DNA from: a virus | Virus record (IMG/VR): IMGVR_UViG_3300025151_008277 | Span: 63,117-127,116 of that record | Direction: 5' to 3' (one strand) | DNA length: 64,000 nucleotides | In this document: positions 1-9,400 of the stretch, in pieces | Layout of the letters: each line of letters starts with the position of its first letter | Position numbering within the stretch: position 1 is the stretch's first letter | Notes under the pieces: model-generated | The model's input: the letters and a program-made list of their open reading frames with translations, nothing else | Told to the model about the DNA's origin: nothing | The model's database searches: none | Translations under genes and position numbers: made by a program

Positions 1-2
1 TA

Positions 3-224
3 GCTCAAGAACCCTCTACCGAACCAGAAACAGCTACCCAGGTATTATCCCCTGAAGGAGAAGTGTTTTATGTTGATCAAATAAAGAAGGCCTTATTTGT
101 AGACTTAGATAACGTTGAGTTAACTTCTTCAGAAAAAGAGGCTATAACTCACGACGTTACACCCGAAAACGCAAAAAAAGTCGCTGAAGTACTACAAAAG
201 ATCATCAGCGACTTTGGTTTGTGA
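3..224 (+). CDS. 3' end of a hypothetical protein (truncated by window edge)
   Basis: Open frame 3 reads AQEPSTEPETATQVLSPEGEVFYVDQIKKALF...IISDFGL to TGA at 222-224. Confidence 0.6.
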   Translation, partial: AQEPSTEPETATQVLSPEGEVFYVDQIKKALFVDLDNVELTSSEKEAITHDVTPENAKKVAEVLQKIISDFGL

Positions 225-233
225 GCTTAAATT

Positions 234-1268
234 TTATCTCAATCCAGTAGATTCAAATACGTCTCTTGCTACCCCAGCGGTAAAGCCTCCTGGTACACCT
301 TTAACTATAACTGACACTGCATTATGACTATGTAGGCTCTCGTTATGAGATGCTACAATCTTAAAGTCTGTAATGCGGGATTCATTAGTTAGTTTATCAT
401 ATAACAATCTTACTGCATCTTCTACGAATTTAAGATAAGCACCATTCTTTTCTGCGAATGCTTGCTCATCTTCTCTCTTTACCATTACTTGAGTTTCAGT
501 TTGTAGAGCCTCTAAACATAATTCTTGAAGATCTTCTACCCATAGCATTTCATCGAACTTAACACTAACACGGGCCACGCTTCGTTGACTATGAGGAACA
601 GTTGCTCTATTTCTGTATTTCTCTGCATGTTCACTTAACTCAAAACTGCAAGGACATGCTGAGGAATAAACAAAATCAAAGTGAATATATTTTTTGAACT
701 CACCGTCTTTAGTTAAGTCACCTTCAAATACCACATCGTAGTATTGATAACCTTCTAAACCACTTCGTAAACTTTTTTGTTTAATAGGATAAGATATTTT
801 CAACATAATACGAGAGTCAAAACTCTTAAGATTATTTTTATATGTTTCTAAAACATCTTTAATTTTACTGATACTGAATACCTCGTCTTTATGATCATAA
901 AAACTTCTCATAATTCGAGACATATTAATACCTTTTTTATGAGCCTCTAAACTTACACTACCAGTAACACTAGTTTCGAGCTCGATAGTATCTCCGTTTC
1001 TCTTTTTATAATTTAGAGGTAATTTAAAATTATGTATTCCTACTTGTTGAATAGGTACTGCAGCTCCTTGAATTAAGCTTGATGGACCGTTTTGTAGATC
1101 TGGTAAAGAAGAAATATATTTTTTATCAGCTTTTACCGAATTATCATATACACGAATAGGAGGGAAATAGCTCTTACTGTATTCATCTCCCATTATTTCT
1201 TTAGCGATGATGTCCTTCTCTCCAGTCAGCTCGTCATCTTCGCCCAGCCATTCATAATTTTTATCCAT
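234..1268 (-). CDS. folE2: GTP cyclohydrolase type IB (FolE2)
   Basis: Motifs [39 protein letters not shown]. Confidence 0.93.
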   Translation of the reverse strand: MDKNYEWLGEDDELTGEKDIIAKEIMGDEYSKSYFPPIRVYDNSVKADKKYISSLPDLQNGPSSLIQGAAVPIQQVGIHNFKLPLNYKKRNGDTIELETSVTGSVSLEAHKKGINMSRIMRSFYDHKDEVFSISKIKDVLETYKNNLKSFDSRIMLKISYPIKQKSLRSGLEGYQYYDVVFEGDLTKDGEFKKYIHFDFVYSSACPCSFELSEHAEKYRNRATVPHSQRSVARVSVKFDEMLWVEDLQELCLEALQTETQVMVKREDEQAFAEKNGAYLKFVEDAVRLLYDKLTNESRITDFKIVASHNESLHSHNAVSVIVKGVPGGFTAGVARDVFESTGLR

Positions 1269-1274
1269 GGCTTT

Positions 1275-1302
1275 ATTATATAGTGTTTCCTTTTAATTTC
1301 AA
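1275..1302 (-). promoter_or_regulatory. Sigma70-type promoter for folE2
   Basis: Minus strand TTGAAA-N16-TATAAT-N6-ATG. Confidence 0.7.
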
Positions 1303-1305
1303 GCC

Positions 1306-1333
1306 TTGATTTTAGTTCGGATAATATTATAAT
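1306..1333 (+). promoter_or_regulatory. Sigma70-type promoter for queD-queE, divergent from folE2
   Basis: TTGATT-N16-TATAAT-N6-ATG. Confidence 0.7.
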
Positions 1334-1339
1334 CTTTTT

Positions 1340-1780
1340 ATGAGCGATTTTGAGAGTACAAAAATTATTGAACTTGGAAGCTGTGCTTTTCGTCAACCTA
1401 ACGCTACTAGTCATTGTAAATATCTTCATGGATATAGATTAGTTGCTAAGTTCTGGTTTGGATGTAAAGAGTTAGATGACAAGAATTGGGTTGTTGATTT
1501 TGGTGGTTTAAAACAATTAAAACAAAACCTTGAACGTCAATTTGATCATACTACAATTATATCTTCTTCTGATCGATTTTTAGATTCTTTTAAAAAATTA
1601 AATGAAGCAGGAGCGATTGATTTACGTATTATGGATGGAGTTGGTATTGAAAAATTTGCTGAATACTGTCTCAAAACCGCGCAGAACTTTATCGACGATA
1701 TGACTGACGGTAGATGTTGGGTTAATCAAGTTGAAGTATTTGAACACGAAAAGAATAGCGCGATCTGCAAGAAAGGTTAA
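1340..1780 (+). CDS. queD: 6-carboxy-5,6,7,8-tetrahydropterin synthase (QueD/PTPS family)
   Basis: CKYLHGY, WVVDFGGLK, FDHT, VEVFEHEKNSA; lies between folE2 and queE. Confidence 0.9.
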   Translation: MSDFESTKIIELGSCAFRQPNATSHCKYLHGYRLVAKFWFGCKELDDKNWVVDFGGLKQLKQNLERQFDHTTIISSSDRFLDSFKKLNEAGAIDLRIMDGVGIEKFAEYCLKTAQNFIDDMTDGRCWVNQVEVFEHEKNSAICKKG

Positions 1781-1782
1781 CT

Positions 1783-1959
1783 ATGGGAAAGGGAAGTAAA
1801 GCTAGACCGTATACTGATAAAAAGGATTTTTATTCTAATTGGGATAATATTGATTGGGATAATAAGAGAGAGGAAGTATCTGCAGAAGCACCGTCTCCTG
1901 ATAAAATAAATAAGTTGCCATTTGGTAATGATATTGAATACTATGAAGATAGAAATTAA
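1783..1959 (+). CDS. Small hypothetical protein (58 aa, not in ORF track)
   Basis: MGKGSKARPYTDKKDFYSNWDNIDW...; fills the queD-queE gap, with its stop 1 nt before the queE ATG. Confidence 0.65.
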   Translation: MGKGSKARPYTDKKDFYSNWDNIDWDNKREEVSAEAPSPDKINKLPFGNDIEYYEDRN

Positions 1960-1960
1960 T

Positions 1961-2719
1961 ATGACCGACGAAGATTATAGCACAAAAGAGTTAATACTAT
2001 CAGACGATAAGATTTTTTATACGATTGAAGGTGAAGGGGAATTTGTAGGTCAGCCTTCTGTGTTTATGCGATTATCTATGTGTAATCTAACATGCATTGG
2101 ATTTGCGTCACCTAATTCTCCGCATGGATGTGATAGTTATGTTTCTTGGAGCGTTAAGAATAAAATGCAATTTAAAGATATTTTATCTTTCCTTGAAACT
2201 AGTGGCTATAAAGATCACTTACTTAATGGAGCTATTCTTAAGATTACTGGCGGTGAACCTCTAATACAACAAAAGAAATTATTAGAGCTTATTGATTATA
2301 TTAATATTGAATGGGGCTGGCTACCTCGTATAGATTTTGAAACTAATGCTACACTTATGCCTGATCCTCGATGGATTCAAAAATATATTGGAGCAACGTT
2401 TACTACATCACCTAAGCTTACTTCTAATGGAGACCCTAGAAATAAAAGGTATATTCCTGAAGTACTTGAATGGCACTCTACTTATGGTTCAGGTTTTAAG
2501 TTTGTAGTCAAAGATGAATCCGATATGGATGAAATTATTAATGACTACGTTGATAAGTTTGATATTCCTGCATCCAGAGTATGGTTGATGCCATGCTGTG
2601 GTAGTAGAGAAGAGCATTCTCGTGTTTGTAGTACGGTTGCAGAGCTTGCTAAGAAGCATTATTTTAACTTTAGTCCTAGATTACAATTAGTTATATGGGA
2701 TAAAGCGTTGAAAGTTTAA
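1961..2719 (+). CDS. queE: 7-carboxy-7-deazaguanine synthase (radical SAM QueE)
   Basis: IFYTIEGEG, GQPSVFMRL, CNLTC...CDS, ITGGEP, ETN, SPKL, RLQ; start moved to ATG 1961. Confidence 0.9.
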   Translation: MTDEDYSTKELILSDDKIFYTIEGEGEFVGQPSVFMRLSMCNLTCIGFASPNSPHGCDSYVSWSVKNKMQFKDILSFLETSGYKDHLLNGAILKITGGEPLIQQKKLLELIDYINIEWGWLPRIDFETNATLMPDPRWIQKYIGATFTTSPKLTSNGDPRNKRYIPEVLEWHSTYGSGFKFVVKDESDMDEIINDYVDKFDIPASRVWLMPCCGSREEHSRVCSTVAELAKKHYFNFSPRLQLVIWDKALKV

Positions 2720-2740
2720 TTATTTAAGTAAATATAACTA

Positions 2741-3421
2741 ATGAGAATTGCAATCAGCGGCACTGCATGTCAAGGTAAAAGTACTTTAATTAAAGACTTT
2801 AAAGAAAGGTGGCCGAGTTATAAATCTCCTGATAAAACTTATAGAGATATTATAACTGAACAAAATTTAGAACATTCATCTACTACTAATAAGGAGACTC
2901 AGATGGCTATTCTTAATTTTATGATTGATGAGCTTCAAAAAACATCTAAAGGAGATAAAGTTATCTTCGATAGATGTCCTCTTGATAATATTGTCTATAG
3001 TATTTGGGCTGAGGCTAAAAAGGAGTCAGATATTGATGATGCTTTTATTAAAAAGTGTATGACGTTAGTCAGCGAATCTTTAAGATTTATTGATATGATT
3101 TTATTCGTACCTATAACTAAGGTTGCTCCAGTAGAAATAGAAGAAGATAATTTAAGAGATACAAACGAAGATTATATTGAAGAAATAGATAATATTTTCA
3201 AAGCAGTTCATAGAGATTATATGAATAATCCTCGTTCTTCTTTTTTCGTAGAAGATGATAGACCCGCTATTATTGAAATTTTCGGCAGCAGGAAAGAGCG
3301 CATAGAATTAATTAAATTATATCTCGATAATGACGGGGATTTCATTGAACCTGGTAATATTATTACCGAAGAAGAATTGAGAGAAATGGAAAAACTCAAA
3401 AAAGCGTTCGGGGTTGACTAA
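2741..3421 (+). CDS. P-loop nucleotide-kinase-like protein (AAA_28/NadR-type)
   Basis: N-terminal ISGTACQGKST Walker A, DRCPLD motif. Confidence 0.75.
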   Translation: MRIAISGTACQGKSTLIKDFKERWPSYKSPDKTYRDIITEQNLEHSSTTNKETQMAILNFMIDELQKTSKGDKVIFDRCPLDNIVYSIWAEAKKESDIDDAFIKKCMTLVSESLRFIDMILFVPITKVAPVEIEEDNLRDTNEDYIEEIDNIFKAVHRDYMNNPRSSFFVEDDRPAIIEIFGSRKERIELIKLYLDNDGDFIEPGNIITEEELREMEKLKKAFGVD

Positions 3422-3429
3422 ATAATTTA

Positions 3430-3618
3430 ATGAACTATGACGAGCTATGCGAAGGGTATCTTACCGTTAAGACCCGAATGTTTTATCCACGTAATCTAGA
3501 ACTGTCTAAAGAGTTTGTAGAAGCTTTTAAGCGTGAGTACGCTAGACTTTCTGAATCAGGTGAAAATAAGAAAAACTTACACTCTAGAATGAGTAAAGCT
3601 TTACGTTTTCATCTTTAA
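3430..3618 (+). CDS. Hypothetical protein
   Basis: 62 aa ORF preceded by TAAATA-N5-ATG. Confidence 0.6.
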   Translation: MNYDELCEGYLTVKTRMFYPRNLELSKEFVEAFKREYARLSESGENKKNLHSRMSKALRFHL

Positions 3619-4350
3619 TTCATCTAATCTACCAACGATATACTTCAAAATTTCACTACGTACTACTTCAGTCGCAGTAAATTCGTAGGTATATATCCCT
3701 TGACATTCAGACATATAGTCACTGAATAAGTTATATATATCCATAAAACCAGATCTATTACCGATATCGGATTGTCTTGCATCTCCTACAATAAAATACT
3801 TACAATTAGTACCAATTCTAGTTAAAATAGTAATAATTTCTGGTAGAGTTAAGTTTTGAGCTTCATCTACAATAACACAACTATTACGAAAAGTAGCACC
3901 TCTAACAAAATTAACTGGAATACCTCTTACAATATCTTCAGAAATTAAATTTTTAGCAGATGTTTCAGTTAGTAATTCCTGAAGCTTATCAAATAAAGGA
4001 TACATCCAAGGTAAGAACTTTTCATCAGCTTCTCCGGGAAGAGAACCTAGACTCCTAGAAGAAGATTCTACAATGCTTCTAACATATACTATCTCATCTA
4101 CGTAATTACTTTTTAAACATTGCAATGCTGCTAGTACAGATATATATGTTTTTGCTGATCCAGCTGGACCGTCAATCATTGATATTTTAGTCTTTTTATT
4201 TAAAGCTAACTCAATAAACGATTTATGAATATCTGTAAGTTCAAATTCTTGGTTAATTTCAAAATTGGTGAAGTAATTTTTTTGAATCCTCTCTTCAATA
4301 TCCTTTGAAGCCTTACTGGGCTTCTTAGATTCCCGTTTTTGTCTAGGCAT
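3601..4350 (-). CDS. phoH: PhoH-like ATPase
   Basis: GPAGSAKT, LGSLPG, RGATF, IVDEAQN, TRIG, GDARQSD, VVRS. Confidence 0.92.
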   Translation of the reverse strand: MPRQKRESKKPSKASKDIEERIQKNYFTNFEINQEFELTDIHKSFIELALNKKTKISMIDGPAGSAKTYISVLAALQCLKSNYVDEIVYVRSIVESSSRSLGSLPGEADEKFLPWMYPLFDKLQELLTETSAKNLISEDIVRGIPVNFVRGATFRNSCVIVDEAQNLTLPEIITILTRIGTNCKYFIVGDARQSDIGNRSGFMDIYNLFSDYMSECQGIYTYEFTATEVVRSEILKYIVGRLDELKMKT

Positions 4351-4399
4351 ATCGTATAATTATTTATTGACTTTTCTCTATTATCGATATAATAATAGC

Positions 4400-5050
4400 A
4401 TGGAAGTTAACTTAGTTTCAATTACTAAACCAGAAATTAAATTTGATACTGAAGGAACGGCTGAAGATTTAATCGCTTACTGTGCTCGAGTCTCTAATCC
4501 CACTAATCAACACAATACAGCAACTGCACCTAAGCTTTTAGGTTACCTTATTAAACATAAACATTGGTCTCCTTTTGAGATGGTTGATATGTGTCTAGAA
4601 ATTAAAACCTCTAGAGCAATTGCAGCTCAAATTTTACGACATCGTTCTTTTTCTTTTCAAGAGTTTAGTCAGAGATATAGCAACGCTACAAATTTAGAAG
4701 ATATTACTTGGCGTCTACAAGGTAAAACTAATAGACAAGTCGGTGAAGAGACATATTATTTGGATGATGTAAACCAAGATATTATTGATCAACATCTCAA
4801 ACTATCTACTACGTTATATAATGATTTAATTGATAAAGGAGTAGCAAAAGAGTGTGCTCGTATGATTTTACCTTTGTGTACTGAGACTACTATGTATATG
4901 AAAGGATCAATTAGATCTTGGGTACATTATATTGATTTAAGATCTAAAGAAGACACCCAACAAGAACATAGAGATATTGCATTGAAATGTAGAGATATTT
5001 TTGTAAATAATTTTCCTAATACTTCTAAAGCATTAACATGGACTCAGTAG
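4400..5050 (+). CDS. thyX: Flavin-dependent thymidylate synthase
   Basis: HWSPFE, QILRHRSFSFQEFSQRY signature, KECARMILP; start at ATG 4400 after TTGACT-N15-TATAAT-N6. Confidence 0.96.
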   Translation: MEVNLVSITKPEIKFDTEGTAEDLIAYCARVSNPTNQHNTATAPKLLGYLIKHKHWSPFEMVDMCLEIKTSRAIAAQILRHRSFSFQEFSQRYSNATNLEDITWRLQGKTNRQVGEETYYLDDVNQDIIDQHLKLSTTLYNDLIDKGVAKECARMILPLCTETTMYMKGSIRSWVHYIDLRSKEDTQQEHRDIALKCRDIFVNNFPNTSKALTWTQ

Positions 5051-5793
5051 GTGTAATAATTCTCACAAAAGATAACTTTGATGTAATTAAAAGATGCTTA
5101 GATTCTTTTGTAGAAAAAAATACCTATGATAATATTAATTTTTATATTGGGGATACCGGGTCAAGCCAGAATAATTTAGATAAATTATACGAATATGTTA
5201 AAGAGTTTAAATATACTACTAGAGTTATAAAATTTAATTATTATAATTTTGCAAAAAATAATAATTGGATAGTCAACAACTTAATAAAAGAGCGTTTCAT
5301 TTTATTCTGTAATGATGATATTGAACTTATTAACGACTCATTAACTAATTTAGTTAATAACTGGTCTGAAGATTTGGGAACCGTGGGCTGTAAGTTACTC
5401 TTTTCTAATAATCTTATACAGCACGCTGGCCAAATACACGTTATGTCAGGCTCTGACCCTATTGGTGCTACTCACAAGTTATATAACGAAAAAGATAGAA
5501 AGTTAGATATAGAATATAATGCTGGCAATACTTTTGCATTTTGCTTAACAACTAAAAAAGTATTTGATACGGTTAATGGCTTAAATACAAACTTTAAAAC
5601 ATGTTTTGAAGATGTAGCTTTTAATATATCTTGCTCTCAGGTAGACTTAAAGCATAAATTTGTCGGAACTACCTCGTGTTACCATCATGAAAGTGTTTCT
5701 CGTAAGAAAAGTAAAAATGATTATATAGCAGAAAATGATTCTCTTTTATTAATGTCGTTAATGAGAAAATTTTATAAAAATAAAACAAAGTAA
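5038..5793 (+). CDS. Glycosyltransferase family 2
   Basis: GDTGS, NFAKNNN, LFCNDD, IQHAG, FEDV, HHES. Confidence 0.85.
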   Translation: MDSVGVIILTKDNFDVIKRCLDSFVEKNTYDNINFYIGDTGSSQNNLDKLYEYVKEFKYTTRVIKFNYYNFAKNNNWIVNNLIKERFILFCNDDIELINDSLTNLVNNWSEDLGTVGCKLLFSNNLIQHAGQIHVMSGSDPIGATHKLYNEKDRKLDIEYNAGNTFAFCLTTKKVFDTVNGLNTNFKTCFEDVAFNISCSQVDLKHKFVGTTSCYHHESVSRKKSKNDYIAENDSLLLMSLMRKFYKNKTK

Positions 5794-5794
5794 T

Positions 5795-7111
5795 ATGAAA
5801 ACTTTAAACAATTTATTTGATCAAAACACTAAACCTTACCTGCTTATTGGCAAAGGCCCGTCGTTTAATATAATTGATAAAATTTTATTAAACAAGTACT
5901 TCACAATAGCATTAAATCATGCAGTAGAAAACACACAATGTGATGCTGTCTCTATTATTGATATAGATGTTGTTAGAGATTGCCCTGAAGCAATATACCG
6001 CAATGCTAAAACTCTTATAATACCGTGGCATCCTCATGATAAAAATAATAATTTTCAACCGTGTAGTAAAACTATCGTAGATTATTGTAAGGAAATAAAG
6101 GTTTTAGGAGATATGCTTGCTGAGGGTAGAATACACTCCTATAATGCTAGTAGCGCAAAAGCTTTTAACTTTGAAGACAATAAAGAACTACCTAACTATA
6201 ATGTTTTTATTAATAACGGAGACAGTATATTCACTATGCTAGTAGCTAACAATAATAAAAAAATATATTCTATTGGTATTGACGGTGGTACAACATATAG
6301 TAGTTCGTTTTCTAATTATAAGCCTGGTGGTAATGGTCGAAGCTTTGAAGAGAGTTTAGCGGTCATTAAGAAGGTAGAAGAACAAAGTAATGCTGAACTT
6401 ATTAGATTAGGGGAATTAGAAGAAATAAAAGTATTTGTAGGTTGTTCTGAAGCAGAGCTCGTACCTACTAAAGTATTAGAATATTCAATAAAGAAAAACA
6501 CTAATAATCCTGCATCTATTATTCCGTTATTTCAATGTGATACTAAACATAGAGTGCCTCAGAACCCTCAATGTCGACCTAGAACTCCGTTCTCTTTTCA
6601 AAGATTTTTTATACCTTCTCTGACTAGCGGTAAAGCATTTTATTTTGACTCTGATATGCTGGTCTTTAAAGATATGGCAGAGTTACTCTCTTATGATTTT
6701 GAAGGGTATGACGCCTTGTCTTGTAAAGACATGAATATATACGGTCATTGGAAAGGTTCTGAGTATGCAGTATTAATGCTCGATTGTGATAATATTAAAT
6801 GGGATATCAACTCTATTATTGATGATTTAGATTCTGGTAAACTTACATACGAAAAATTAATGTTTGATTTTGCCATGGCTAAAGTAAATCCGGTTTTTGA
6901 TCCATCGTGGAATAGTCTTGATACATACGAGGAAAATAAAACAGCAAATCTTCACTATACTAATATGAACACGCAACCATGGCGACATAATGGTAGTCCG
7001 TATATGAATTTGTGGTTCAAATATTTAAAAGAAGCAGTAGATAATAATATTTTATCTAAAGAGTTAGTAGTAAGTCATGGCCAAAAAGGTCATATAAGAA
7101 AATTTAAATAA
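5795..7111 (+). CDS. Two-domain protein: N-terminal GxGPS (GT29/MAF-like) domain fused to a GT8-like glycosyltransferase
   Basis: N-term LIGKGPS/ALNHA/IGIDG; C-term KVFVG, TPFSFQRF, YFDSDML, WNSLD, LHYT..QPW. Confidence 0.7.
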   Translation: MKTLNNLFDQNTKPYLLIGKGPSFNIIDKILLNKYFTIALNHAVENTQCDAVSIIDIDVVRDCPEAIYRNAKTLIIPWHPHDKNNNFQPCSKTIVDYCKEIKVLGDMLAEGRIHSYNASSAKAFNFEDNKELPNYNVFINNGDSIFTMLVANNNKKIYSIGIDGGTTYSSSFSNYKPGGNGRSFEESLAVIKKVEEQSNAELIRLGELEEIKVFVGCSEAELVPTKVLEYSIKKNTNNPASIIPLFQCDTKHRVPQNPQCRPRTPFSFQRFFIPSLTSGKAFYFDSDMLVFKDMAELLSYDFEGYDALSCKDMNIYGHWKGSEYAVLMLDCDNIKWDINSIIDDLDSGKLTYEKLMFDFAMAKVNPVFDPSWNSLDTYEENKTANLHYTNMNTQPWRHNGSPYMNLWFKYLKEAVDNNILSKELVVSHGQKGHIRKFK

Positions 7112-7112
7112 T

Positions 7113-7805
7113 ATGATAGGTATCAATTTAAGTAAGAAAATATTAAACGAAGTTAATAACTTATTACCATGGCATACCAAAACTAATATTTCTAGAGATA
7201 TAATTTTAGGCAAATCTCAAAATTCTAATAAAAGAAATTATATTGAGAAAATACCTGATGATAGAATTACTAATTTAGATAGCTTAATTAATTTATCTGA
7301 TAAAACAGTACTTGAGATGGGTTGTCTTGAAGGTTCTCATACCTTAGGTTTACTGCAATATGCGAAAGAAGTTGTTTCTATTGATTGTAGACCGGTTAAC
7401 GTTATTAAAACTTTAACTCGTTTGAGCTTTCATGGTAAAACTTCCCGAGTTTTTTGTTTTAACGCAGATGACTTATCAGTAGATAATTATGGTTTTTATG
7501 ATGTTATATTTCACTGCGGTGTTTTGTATCACCTTAAAGATCCTATATCTCATTTAAATAATATTTTTAAAATGTGTAACTATATATTTTTAGATACACA
7601 CGTTACAGAAGGTTCTAATAAAATAGTACCTGAAAATAATTGGAAAGCTCCGTTTGCTGGTAAAGATGATACTGCTTTGTGGTTAAATGTGGATGAGCTA
7701 GAAAAAATTTGTACTGATAATAGTTTTACTGTTAATAAACTTGAAAGAAGAGATGAGCGTAATGGTCTTAGAATATCTTGGTTACTAGAAAAAAATGAAA
7801 AATAA
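7113..7805 (+). CDS. Class I SAM-dependent methyltransferase (CmoB/DUF1698-like)
   Basis: VLEMGCLEG motif I, YDVIFHCGVLYHL. Confidence 0.82.
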   Translation: MIGINLSKKILNEVNNLLPWHTKTNISRDIILGKSQNSNKRNYIEKIPDDRITNLDSLINLSDKTVLEMGCLEGSHTLGLLQYAKEVVSIDCRPVNVIKTLTRLSFHGKTSRVFCFNADDLSVDNYGFYDVIFHCGVLYHLKDPISHLNNIFKMCNYIFLDTHVTEGSNKIVPENNWKAPFAGKDDTALWLNVDELEKICTDNSFTVNKLERRDERNGLRISWLLEKNEK

Positions 7806-8157
7806 ATTAGGTAAAATATGGGGTAATACCTTTCCTCTTTTTAATAAAAACAATGTAGAGATACATAGAATTGAAATTAATAAAGGAGGTTTTTGCAGTA
7901 AACATAAGCATGTATATAAGTATAACTGTTTTTTTGTGGAGACAGGTAAGCTTAAAATTTCTGTATGGAAGAATGATTATGATCTTAAAGATATAACAAT
8001 TCTTAACAACAAAGAATCTACAATTATACCTCACGGAGAATATCATCAGTTTGAAGCATTAGAAGATACTATATGTTATGAGATTTATTGGGTAGAATTA
8101 AATGAAAACGATATAGTAAGAGACAATCACGGAGGTAACATAAATTATGAAACATAG
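7795..8157 (+). CDS. Cupin (sugar isomerase/epimerase-like)
   Basis: KIWG, CSKHKH, FFVETG, IPHGEYHQF. Confidence 0.78.
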   Translation: MKNKLGKIWGNTFPLFNKNNVEIHRIEINKGGFCSKHKHVYKYNCFFVETGKLKISVWKNDYDLKDITILNNKESTIIPHGEYHQFEALEDTICYEIYWVELNENDIVRDNHGGNINYET

Positions 8158-8893
8158 AGTTGCTATTTGTCTATCTGGCTTAGTAGGCAATAGCAAAGGT
8201 AAAAGTCATGACCACGAAGACGACGACTCTAAAGTTCTAGAATTATCTATACCGCATTGGAACTTTTTTACATCAAATTATGAATGTGATTATTTCATTC
8301 ATACTTGGTCCGGTCATTTAAAGCAAGATATTATTAACGGATTAAAACCTGTTGATATCATAACACAAGATCAACCATCGTTTGATATACCTAAATATGT
8401 GCCTGGTTCTTTTGAGAGAAAACATGCTCACTGGTGTAGATGGTTTTCTATAAAAGAATCTGTGAGATTAAAACAAGAGCATGAAGAAAAGAATAATATA
8501 CGTTATGATAGTGTTATAGTTTCTAGATTTGATTTAGCTTGGGCTAAACAAATCGATTTTAAATATCTCGATATGAACAAAATGTGGTTACCTAGATGGT
8601 TTGAGAACGGTAATCTTGTTGACCCTATAAACTACAAATGCAAAGATTATTGGTTTCTTTCTTCATCCAAAAATATTGATAAATTTTCTTCTCTTTACGA
8701 CTCCTTAAACACCTATACAAAAACTGGAGCTTGTCGTATTAATACTGCAATGGGAGTATCTAGTCACTACTTAGCTGCATATCACATAAAAAATCTCGGT
8801 ATTGAAGTTGGCCATGTTTTAGAAGCTCGAGATAATTTTTTAAATTGCGACTTTCCCGTTATAAGATTTAAATACTTTTCCGCAAATATTTAA
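8147..8893 (+). CDS. Putative glycan-active protein (xAICLSG family)
   Basis: RVAICLSG, FIHTW, YDSVIVSRFDL; same pattern as 14435..15490. Confidence 0.55.
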   Translation: MKHRVAICLSGLVGNSKGKSHDHEDDDSKVLELSIPHWNFFTSNYECDYFIHTWSGHLKQDIINGLKPVDIITQDQPSFDIPKYVPGSFERKHAHWCRWFSIKESVRLKQEHEEKNNIRYDSVIVSRFDLAWAKQIDFKYLDMNKMWLPRWFENGNLVDPINYKCKDYWFLSSSKNIDKFSSLYDSLNTYTKTGACRINTAMGVSSHYLAAYHIKNLGIEVGHVLEARDNFLNCDFPVIRFKYFSANI

Positions 8894-8921
8894 TTGAGTT
8901 TTTATTTTTATATCTTATAAT
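8894..8921 (+). promoter_or_regulatory. Sigma70-type promoter for the sugar core operon
   Basis: TTGAGT-N16-TATAAT-N8-ATG. Confidence 0.6.
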
Positions 8922-8929
8922 TTAGCGTA

Positions 8930-9397
8930 ATGAGTACATACCAACATAGTGATAAGTGGATCGAAGAAGCTCTTAATCAATATAAAGATAAGATTGATAA
9001 CAAAAAAGATCATCGTTTAGATGTTAGTTCTTATAAAGTAGAAAAGCCGTGGGGTCATGAAGTATGGTTAGAATTAAATGAGTTCTATGCATATAAAATC
9101 ATTCATATGAAAGCGGGTAACCAAAGTAGTCTTCAATGGCACGAAAAGAAAGTAGAGACTAATTATGTAATTGAAGGAAAAGCTGAGGTATTGCTACAAA
9201 ATGAGAAAGGTGAAATCGACTCTAAAATTTATGAAGCTGGTTCCGGTTGGTCAGTGCCTCTCCAAACTAAACATAGAGTAATCGCTATTACAGATTATAC
9301 CGCACTTGAAGTATCTACACCTCATCTAAATGATTGTATACGTTTTGAAGATGATAGTAATAGATCTAGTGGTAAAATCGATTCAGAGCATAGCTAA
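8930..9397 (+). CDS. Cupin, mannose-6-phosphate isomerase (type II C-terminal)-like
   Basis: VEKPWG, SSLQWHEKKVET, HRV, LEVSTP, RFED. Confidence 0.82.
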   Translation: MSTYQHSDKWIEEALNQYKDKIDNKKDHRLDVSSYKVEKPWGHEVWLELNEFYAYKIIHMKAGNQSSLQWHEKKVETNYVIEGKAEVLLQNEKGEIDSKIYEAGSGWSVPLQTKHRVIAITDYTALEVSTPHLNDCIRFEDDSNRSSGKIDSEHS

Positions 9398-9400
9398 TAT

